Source: a virus
Taxonomy: Duplodnaviria > Caudoviricetes
Virus record (IMG/VR): IMGVR_UViG_2908764845_000006
Span: 47,991-111,990 of that record
Length of the DNA stretch: 64,000 nt
Strand: one strand, 5' to 3'
The notes under the pieces were generated by a model. That model was not told the origin of the DNA. It did no database searches and was given only the letters and a program-made list of their open reading frames with translations. Made by a program: the position numbers and the translations under genes. Below, piece by piece: positions 57,085 through 64,000 of the stretch (its first letter is position 1; each line of letters starts with the position of its first letter).

Positions 57085-58059
57085 ATGGCGACGATCATCA
57101 ACTTGAAGGGGACCAAAGAGGCCCCGAAAAACTCTCGCTCCAGCATGGGGACACGGATCATCTCCATCGCCGGCGTCCAGCAGTGGAAGGTCCCGCCGTT
57201 CCAGCGTCCGGTGCGGGTCAATGCGAAGGTGCAGGAGGCCGCGCAGTCGACACGGGAAAACGAAGCCATCGAGGGCGTCATCACGCTGGGCCAGGTCAGG
57301 GGAGACCTCGCCTACTACATCGTTGACGGCCAGCACCGCATCGAGGGCTTTAAAATCTCCGGCATCGAGGAGGCGCTGGTCGACGTTCGCGTCGTCACCT
57401 TCGAGGACTTCGCCGAGATGGCGAACGAGTTCGTTAAGCTGAACTCGTCATTGGTTCGGATGCGACCGGACGACCTACTGCGCGGCATGGAGGACGCGAC
57501 CATCTCGCTGCAGCTTATCCGCAAGCATTGTCCTTTCGTCGGCTATGACCAGATCCGGCGCGCCTCGACCGGGGCGCCGATTGTGGGCATGTCCGTCATC
57601 CTCCGCTGTTGGGCCGGGTCGGCCGGTGAGACGCCGACATCAACGATGGCTGGTCAGTCAGTCTCGTCGCTCGCCAAGACCACGGACGAAACCAGCGCTC
57701 GGCAGTTGATCCAATTCCTCGGCAACGCCCATCAGGCATGGGGACGAGACCCTGAATATTACCGGCTGTGGGGCGCCCTGAACCTTTCGCTTTGCATGTG
57801 GCTGTACCGTCGCCTCGTTATCGACCGCGACCGGATGGGCAACAAGCGCGTCGTGGTGCTGAACCAGAACGAGTTCAAGCAGTGTTTGATGTCGGTCTCG
57901 GCGAGCGGCGATTACCTGCAGTGGCTAGTCGGCCGCAACATGACCGAACGGGATCGCAGCCCCGCCTACATGCGCCTCAAGGCCATCTTCCAGAAGCGCC
58001 TGCAAGAGATCACCCAGACCAAGTCGGCGCTGCCAGCTCCGGCGTGGTCGTCGCGCTGA
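57085..58059 (+). CDS. ParB/Srx-like (DGQHR) domain protein
   Basis: FQRP...YIVDGQHR...F.KLN. Confidence 0.75.
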   Translation: MATIINLKGTKEAPKNSRSSMGTRIISIAGVQQWKVPPFQRPVRVNAKVQEAAQSTRENEAIEGVITLGQVRGDLAYYIVDGQHRIEGFKISGIEEALVDVRVVTFEDFAEMANEFVKLNSSLVRMRPDDLLRGMEDATISLQLIRKHCPFVGYDQIRRASTGAPIVGMSVILRCWAGSAGETPTSTMAGQSVSSLAKTTDETSARQLIQFLGNAHQAWGRDPEYYRLWGALNLSLCMWLYRRLVIDRDRMGNKRVVVLNQNEFKQCLMSVSASGDYLQWLVGRNMTERDRSPAYMRLKAIFQKRLQEITQTKSALPAPAWSSR

Positions 58060-58120
58060 CAATCTACCCTATGGCGGGGCTTCGCAGGCCGCGCCCAGCA
58101 CCATCAAGGAGACCATCTAC

Positions 58121-58627
58121 GTGGCTGGATCAGTGAATAAGGTAATTTTGGTCGGCAATCTCGGGAAGGACCCCGAGGTGCGCCGCACCCAGGATGGCAG
58201 GCCGATTGCGAACCTGTCGATCGCGACGAGCGAGAGTTGGCGCGACAAGGGCACCGGCGAGCGTCGCGAAAAGACCGAGTGGCACCGCGTTGTAATTTTT
58301 AACGAGGGCCTCGCCAAGGTCGCCGAGCAGTATCTCAAGAAGGGCGCCAAGGTCTACATCGAGGGCCAGCTGCAAACGCGCAAGTGGACCGACCAGAGCG
58401 GCGTCGAGAAGTATTCGACCGAGGTCGTGCTGCAGGGCTTCAACTCGACGATGACCATGCTCTCGGATGGTGGCGGTGGCCGTGGTGGTGGCGGCGGAGA
58501 TGACCGCGGCTCCGGTGGCGGCAACTACGGTGGTGGTGTCGGTGGCGCCGCGCCGCGTCGCGGCGGCCAGGACAACGGCGGCCAGAGCTCGCGGTTCGAC
58601 AACATGGACGACGATATTCCGTTCTAG
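58121..58627 (+). CDS. ssb: single-stranded DNA-binding protein
   Basis: [14 protein letters not shown]...TEWHRV...DDDIPF. Confidence 0.97.
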   Translation: MAGSVNKVILVGNLGKDPEVRRTQDGRPIANLSIATSESWRDKGTGERREKTEWHRVVIFNEGLAKVAEQYLKKGAKVYIEGQLQTRKWTDQSGVEKYSTEVVLQGFNSTMTMLSDGGGGRGGGGGDDRGSGGGNYGGGVGGAAPRRGGQDNGGQSSRFDNMDDDIPF

Positions 58628-58809
58628 GACTCAGCAAACCCCGCTTCGCAGGCGGGGTCCTACACGGAGTCCGCGGCGCTGCGGATCAGTCTGACCTGCA
58701 CGCGAGAAGGTTTGCTGCGCTCAGCCCGCCAGCGCGACGCGACGGACGTGGCCCTTCTCTGCCGAATTGACTACCTGCTCGAAGTGATCGGAAGGACCCC
58801 GGTGGGAGC

Positions 58810-59205
58810 ATGAGCGGGATCGTGATCGCCAACGAGGAGGATCGCATCTTCCTGTGCCGCATGGTGATGGGCGCCAAGCCGGGCACCCTGATCGAGATGC
58901 ATGTCGATCTCGCCTCCGACGCCCAGCGCAAGAAGATGTGGGCGATGCTCGGCGAGGTGTCCAAGCAGGTGCCGCACGTCGACATGAACGGCAACGCCAA
59001 GTTCTACGCGCCCGAGCAGTGGAAAATTCTCTTCATGCACGCCTGCGGCCAGGAGGTGGAGATGATGCCATCGCTCGATGGCTCGACCTTCCTGCCCTAC
59101 GAGGGTCGGTCCTCGAAGATGAAGTCTCGAGATATGGGCGAACTTCTGTCCTGCATCGAGGCGTGGGGCGTGCAGAACGGCGTCACCTTCAAGGAGATCA
59201 GTTGA
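58810..59205 (+). CDS. NinB-family recombination protein
   Basis: QRKKMWAML.EVSKQV...WK..F...SSKM...IEAWG. Confidence 0.8.
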   Translation: MSGIVIANEEDRIFLCRMVMGAKPGTLIEMHVDLASDAQRKKMWAMLGEVSKQVPHVDMNGNAKFYAPEQWKILFMHACGQEVEMMPSLDGSTFLPYEGRSSKMKSRDMGELLSCIEAWGVQNGVTFKEIS

Positions 59206-59368
59206 TGTTTGACATGCGTGTGGAATTGGCCGCTCAAGCCATTCACAAGCTCGTCTGCGATCGGTCTGGTCGCGGCCGTGAGTGGAAGGCCATTCCGGAA
59301 AGCCTGAAGGCATCCTTTCGCGAAGAAGCTAGAGCAGCTCTTGCGGCGGCCGACACTATGGAGGTCCG

Positions 59369-59677
59369 ATGAAGCCCGAGCAGCTGAAGATGTTCGACCT
59401 GCCGGATGTCGAGGATCGCGTCATCGACGTGCCGGCCGAGAAGCAGCCCGCGCCAAAGCGCGCGGGCCAGCGCAACCGGCAGCCATCGCTCGCGGTCCGC
59501 CAGTACGAGGTCAAGAGCGGCGGAGACTGCTTCCGCGTGCAGGCGGCCTCGCCGTCGGCGGCGAAGTACATCGCATTCAGGTTTGCGCGGAGCATGGGCC
59601 AGTACCTCTACGAGGGCGGCTTCATGGCGTTCGTCTCCGGCGGCCTGCAGGTCAGGGAAGAGAGGAGATCGAAGTGA
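59369..59677 (+). CDS. hypothetical protein
   Basis: Coupled ORF. Confidence 0.55.
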   Translation: MKPEQLKMFDLPDVEDRVIDVPAEKQPAPKRAGQRNRQPSLAVRQYEVKSGGDCFRVQAASPSAAKYIAFRFARSMGQYLYEGGFMAFVSGGLQVREERRSK

Positions 59678-59750
59678 GCGTTGAACAGATCGTCGTTGTC
59701 CTGATGGCCCTCTCGGTCGTCAGCGTCTTTTTCTACTTGGGATTTGGCAA

Positions 59751-60968
59751 ATGAGCATCATCGCAACCGAGCGACTGCAACAGATCGAACAGCTCGACAC
59801 CAACGGCCGATACGGCCGCCTCGCGCGCGAGGCGCTGGAGGCCCTGCCCGTGACTTTTCAGGGTCGCGTCGCGGAATGGATGAAGGCGTGCTTCTCCATC
59901 GACGTCTGTCGCGACGGCATCGAGCGCAATCACCGCTTCCTCGAAGAGTCGCTGGAACTCGTCCAATCGCTCGGCTGCACGGCGAGCGAGGCGCATCAGC
60001 TCGTCGACTACGTGTTCGGTCGCCCGGTCGGGGAGCCCAAGCAGGAGATGGGCGGCGTCATGGTCACGCTCGCGGCCCTCGCCTGCGCGCACGACCTTGA
60101 CATGATGCCGGCGGCCGAGACCGAGCTGGTGCGCGTCTGGACCCGGATCGACCAGATCCGCGCGAAGCAGGCCACCAAGCCGAAGCACTCGCCACTGCCC
60201 CAGCATGTCGAGGCAGATGCTGGGACGGCTCAGGCGGCTCTGCAGGAAATCATCAAGTCAGCGTCCCACAAGGACGCAATCAATATCGCGATCGAAGCAA
60301 GGAGAGAGTACAAAACGTCCCCAGCCGCGCCAGTCGTCACCGTCGATATGTCCGCGGAGCTGATGGATGCGGCGCAGCGGACGAGCAAGCTGCGCGATAG
60401 CATCGTCGAAGCCTGCGACCTGCTGGCCGAACGGAAATACGGGAGCCCTGCCCGGTCACCCGGTCACAACGCCCGACTCCTGCTGGAGCGGGCACTGGAG
60501 AACGTGCCGAAGGCGCCGGCCACACCCGGCGCAGACGCCGCGCGCACCATCTCTGAGCTTCGCGCGGGCCTGCAGGCGGCAATTCGCGCCGCCAAGCTCG
60601 CCCTGTTCGTGGTCCGTAAGCAGAATGTGATGCCCAACGGCAGCTGGGCCAACGGCTTCGACCGCGATCTCGAAGCAGCCGATGCAGCGCTCGCAGGGAC
60701 GCCACAACATCCGGATCTGCGCGTGGCCGTCGCCCGCGCCATCGTCGAGGTGACCAACCGCTGGATCAAGCCGAACTTCCCGGCTGATCACGTGCTGCCG
60801 ACCTTCGACCAGCTGCGCAAGCAGGAGAAGCGGCTCAATCTGGAGTTTGCTGACGCCGCGATCGCGACGGTGAAGAACGCCGGGGCCGAGCCAAAGCCGG
60901 AGCGCCAGTGGACCGGTCCCGGTCACCTCGAGCAGACCGGCTACATTGATCCGGAGCCCGGCCGATGA
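59751..60968 (+). CDS. mosaic protein with MazG-like N-terminal domain
   Basis: RFLEESLELVQ...QEMGGVMVTL. Confidence 0.6.
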   Translation: MSIIATERLQQIEQLDTNGRYGRLAREALEALPVTFQGRVAEWMKACFSIDVCRDGIERNHRFLEESLELVQSLGCTASEAHQLVDYVFGRPVGEPKQEMGGVMVTLAALACAHDLDMMPAAETELVRVWTRIDQIRAKQATKPKHSPLPQHVEADAGTAQAALQEIIKSASHKDAINIAIEARREYKTSPAAPVVTVDMSAELMDAAQRTSKLRDSIVEACDLLAERKYGSPARSPGHNARLLLERALENVPKAPATPGADAARTISELRAGLQAAIRAAKLALFVVRKQNVMPNGSWANGFDRDLEAADAALAGTPQHPDLRVAVARAIVEVTNRWIKPNFPADHVLPTFDQLRKQEKRLNLEFADAAIATVKNAGAEPKPERQWTGPGHLEQTGYIDPEPGR

Positions 60969-61128
60969 ACCTCCGCATCCTCAAGAAGCTGTCCGCGCGC
61001 GCCGCTCTACAAGAAGCGTGCGTATCACCTGGGTCTGAAAGACAAGCCGTCGCGGCTGAAGAGCCGCGGCTTCGAGGGCGTCAAGCCGCAGCGTACCGCG
61101 TCGACACCCATCAACAAATGGAGAGGGT

Positions 61129-61689
61129 ATGACTGAGATCGAGCGTTACATCATCCGGCCCGAGGCGCACCGCGGCGAATGGGCCTTCATCTATGTCGAC
61201 GAGGAGAAGAGCATGTTCATGGCCTACTCGTCGTTCGGAACCTACGCATATTGCTGGCCTCACCGGGGGCCCGAGACCTTGAAGGAGTTCCTGCTCGACC
61301 TCGAGTTCGACTACTTCATGGGAAAGACGCGTGGGCTCGAGAGCAAGCAGTTTGATTTCAACGGCACCATCGAGGGCATGAGAAAGCACGTCCGCGAAGC
61401 GCAACGCCGCAAGATGCTGAGCAAGGACAAGGCTCGCGACGCCTTGGTCGCCATCGACGACCTGAAGTGGATGGATAACCATCAGAGCGTCGACGTGTTC
61501 GTCGATCGCGTCTATGCGGACAAGGCGATCTGCGAGGCCTATCGTCACGACTTCGAGGACGTCATCAAGAACCGCCCTGACCCTCAGTGCGTTGGCTTCT
61601 GGCAGAAGATCTGGCCGGAGTTCGTCAAGGCGATCACGCCCAAGCCGGTCGCGGCGGTGGTCGAGCAGCCGGTCGAGGTGATGGCATGA
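61129..61689 (+). CDS. hypothetical protein
   Basis: GGAGAGG RBS; FGTYAYCW...DYFMGK. Confidence 0.65.
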   Translation: MTEIERYIIRPEAHRGEWAFIYVDEEKSMFMAYSSFGTYAYCWPHRGPETLKEFLLDLEFDYFMGKTRGLESKQFDFNGTIEGMRKHVREAQRRKMLSKDKARDALVAIDDLKWMDNHQSVDVFVDRVYADKAICEAYRHDFEDVIKNRPDPQCVGFWQKIWPEFVKAITPKPVAAVVEQPVEVMA

Positions 61690-62186
61690 CAACGCGCCGC
61701 GATCTGTTCAAGGTCGGCGCGGCTGCGGCCGCCGCCGTCGCACTGCCCTCCTCGGGCCCCGTCGTTGCGGGCGAGCTGGTCGAGCCCGCGGTCGCTGTAG
61801 CCCCGGCGACGCCCTACGCGACCTATCCGTGGCGCTGGTGGATCAGCCTCGACGGCGAGTCCTTCATCGAAGAGTTCGATACCGAGGCCGAGGCCATCAA
61901 GGCGGCCAAGGGTTACGGAGAGAAGGCCATTGTGGCTGAGTGCCAGCAGCAGGACTTCAGCCTTCATGTCTACGGCAGCGACGTCATCGAGATGCTCTAC
62001 CAGAACAACGAGGAGGACATCGGCGATGGCGAGTTCTTCGACTGCACCAAGGAGCAGTCGGACGAGCTCGGCCAGGTCGTGACCGCCGCGATCGAGGCGT
62101 GGGCCGCGAAGCACAAGCTCAATCTGACGGCATGGACGTTCGGTCAGACCCGCAACCGCACCGAGATCCCAGAGGAGGTCGCCTGA
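61686..62186 (+). CDS. acidic protein with twin-arginine-like N-terminus
   Basis: MTTRRDLFKVGAAAAAAVAL. Confidence 0.6.
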   Translation: MTTRRDLFKVGAAAAAAVALPSSGPVVAGELVEPAVAVAPATPYATYPWRWWISLDGESFIEEFDTEAEAIKAAKGYGEKAIVAECQQQDFSLHVYGSDVIEMLYQNNEEDIGDGEFFDCTKEQSDELGQVVTAAIEAWAAKHKLNLTAWTFGQTRNRTEIPEEVA

Positions 62187-62632
62187 TGGACCTGCCGCAG
62201 ATCCCCGACGACGACGCCGACTTCACGCCCGATCTGGCGCGCGAGATCATCGCCAAGTACCAGAAGATCATCACCGACCTGACCGACCCCACTCTGAGGA
62301 GCATGCGGCTCGATGATGGCGGCTTCAACATGGAGCTGGGCGGCGAGGTCGTGAAGCGGATGGCGATCATGATGACGACGTGGTTCCGCGAGAGCGGCGC
62401 CAAGAACTACGTCGAGATCGCCATCAACGCCATCGACCCGCCCTTCGAGAAGTTCCTGTTCTATGTGCAGAAGCGCGGCGACGGTGCGTTGACGCCGGGT
62501 GAGGCTTTGAGCGAGGCGAAGGCCGAGATCGCCCGCTACGCCAGCCAGGTCGCGGACCTCGAAGAGGAGTGCGATCGCCGCTACCAAGAAACCGAGAAGC
62601 TGCGTGAGCAGCTTGCAGTAAGTGTAAAATAG
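62186..62632 (+). CDS. hypothetical protein
   Basis: GAGGAGG RBS; coupled ORF. Confidence 0.6.
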   Translation: MDLPQIPDDDADFTPDLAREIIAKYQKIITDLTDPTLRSMRLDDGGFNMELGGEVVKRMAIMMTTWFRESGAKNYVEIAINAIDPPFEKFLFYVQKRGDGALTPGEALSEAKAEIARYASQVADLEEECDRRYQETEKLREQLAVSVK

Positions 62633-62687
62633 ACCCCGGCCGGGGCCCGCTTCGCAGGCGGGCCCCTTGCTGGCAAGGAGACCGATC

Positions 62688-62876
62688 ATGAGCCGCCGTG
62701 CTGCCCGCTTCACTGAGGCTGACGCCTACCGTGCGATCCGCGCGGCGCAGCGCGCTGGCGCAGGAACCGTGGAAATCAAGCCTGATGGCACGATCTGGGT
62801 CCGGATTTCCCCGCCATCCACACCGGAAGAGCTACCCCCGGAGCCTCCTCGGAAGCGCACCCCAGTGGTGCTTTAA
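62688..62876 (+). CDS. excisionase-like small protein
   Basis: ARFTEAD..RAIRAA...VEIKPDGTI; TAATG overlap with the integrase. Confidence 0.6.
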   Translation: MSRRAARFTEADAYRAIRAAQRAGAGTVEIKPDGTIWVRISPPSTPEELPPEPPRKRTPVVL

Positions 62877-64000
62877 TGGAGGACATGCCCCGACCCCGTC
62901 CCCCTTATTTGCAGCGCGGCAAGAGCCGCCACGGCAAGCCGTACTGGTTTGTGAAGGTCGGTCGCAGCGGGCCGAAGATCACCATCCGTGCCGAATACGG
63001 CACCAAGGAGTTCGACGAGGAATACCGGGCGGCGGTGAATGGCGGCGCCACTGTCAAGCGCAAGCCACGGGCCAGCAAGGGAACGTTGGAGTGGGCGTGG
63101 CAGCTCTACAAGGCGTCGAGCGCGTGGAACAACGAGATCAGCGAATCGACCCGCCGCCAGCGTAGCAACATCATGAAGCACGTCCTCAAGACCGGAGGGG
63201 CAAGCCCGCTGGAGGACATCGACGCCGATGCGATCGCGGCTGGCATCGAACGGCGCGCCGCAACGCCGTCGCAAGCGAAGAACTTCAAGCAGACCATGCG
63301 TCAGTTCTTCGCCTGGCTGAAGCGTCAGAAGATCGTGGCGGTCAATCCGGCCGAGGACGCCGAGCTGCCGAAGCGCCCCAAGACCGGCGGCTTCAAGGAG
63401 TGGACTGAGGCCGACGTCGTGAAGTACGAGGAGCGCTGGCCGCGCGGCACCCGGCAGCGGGTTATGCTGGATGTGTATATGTATACCGGCCTACGCCGTG
63501 GCGACGCCGCCGAGGTCGGACCCAAGCACGTTTACGACCAGCCGGCCATCGTGCGGGACGAGGTCACGGGCGAGAGGAAACCGATCGTCAAGAAGGTCAT
63601 CTCACTGTCGACCGAGAAGAGCCAGCGCCAGACGGCGGTTCACCTGCCCATGCTCCCTCCGTTGGCTGAAACGCTGGAGGCGGGCCCCACCGGGGAAACC
63701 TTCATCGTCACCGAGACCGGCGACGCCTACGTCAAGGAGAGCCTCGGCAATGCCTTCAAGGATGCCTGCGTCGCGGCCGGCATCATGGACAAGTCGGCGC
63801 ACGGCCTCCGCAAGGCGGCCGCCACCCGGGCGGCCGACAACGGCGCCACCGCCCACGAACTGATGGCGATCTTCGGCTGGAAGGACATCAAAGAAGCGGA
63901 GATCTACACCAAGGCGGCGGACCGGAAGCGGCTGGCGCTGCGGGCGATGGGGATGCTCGACAATACGGCCGCGGCGAACCGCGACACGCTCAGATCGTGA
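62876..64000 (+). CDS. int: tyrosine recombinase / phage integrase
   Basis: YTGLRRGD, HGLRK and FGW...Y catalytic motifs. Confidence 0.93.
   Translation: MEDMPRPRPPYLQRGKSRHGKPYWFVKVGRSGPKITIRAEYGTKEFDEEYRAAVNGGATVKRKPRASKGTLEWAWQLYKASSAWNNEISESTRRQRSNIMKHVLKTGGASPLEDIDADAIAAGIERRAATPSQAKNFKQTMRQFFAWLKRQKIVAVNPAEDAELPKRPKTGGFKEWTEADVVKYEERWPRGTRQRVMLDVYMYTGLRRGDAAEVGPKHVYDQPAIVRDEVTGERKPIVKKVISLSTEKSQRQTAVHLPMLPPLAETLEAGPTGETFIVTETGDAYVKESLGNAFKDACVAAGIMDKSAHGLRKAAATRAADNGATAHELMAIFGWKDIKEAEIYTKAADRKRLALRAMGMLDNTAAANRDTLRS

Larger units (their letters stand above)
54475..62666 (+). repeat. five TTCGCAG-loop hairpins in the recombination/integration operon
   Basis: Loops start at 54511, 57048, 58081, 58645 and 62651. 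Confidence 0.9.

Noticed and set aside
18886-62666. Hairpins as ordinary rho-independent terminators
   Set aside because: Only the first copy has a real U-tract; most are followed by A/C-rich sequence, and terminators do not need an invariant 7-nt loop.

Overview
The window is the non-structural part of a large, GC-rich temperate phage, probably an integrated prophage of an alphaproteobacterial (Hyphomicrobiales/Bradyrhizobium-like) host, judged from a rhizobial-type SSB, a GcrA homologue and a CtrA box. From left to right: (1) 1-16.9 kb, leftward small genes, a tRNA/structured-RNA cluster (tRNA-fMet, tRNA-Phe, a 157-nt CCA-ended tRNA-like RNA, other stem-rich spacers) and an intact IS66 with an 8-bp target duplication; (2) 17.4-43.9 kb, about 25 kb of some 60 co-oriented, mostly tiny rightward genes, bracketed by two GGGCCC-rich low-complexity blocks and interrupted by an IS1595 remnant; (3) 44-53 kb, leftward replication and nucleotide genes (thyX, phosphatase, primase-helicase, RuvC-like, GcrA, Cro-like); (4) 53-64 kb, a CI-like repressor, recombination genes, SSB, an excisionase-like gene and a tyrosine integrase. 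The most striking unexplained signal is a dispersed cis-element. I counted 28 hairpins, nearly all intergenic, whose stems vary freely while keeping their pairing, with a near-invariant TTCGCAG loop. They always lie on the coding strand and are usually followed by an extended start-associated sequence AAGGAGACC. A 17-bp TGCACC-N5-GGTGCA operator links the immunity region to the promoter of the 25-kb cassette. All protein family calls are motif recognition by eye, not database searches.
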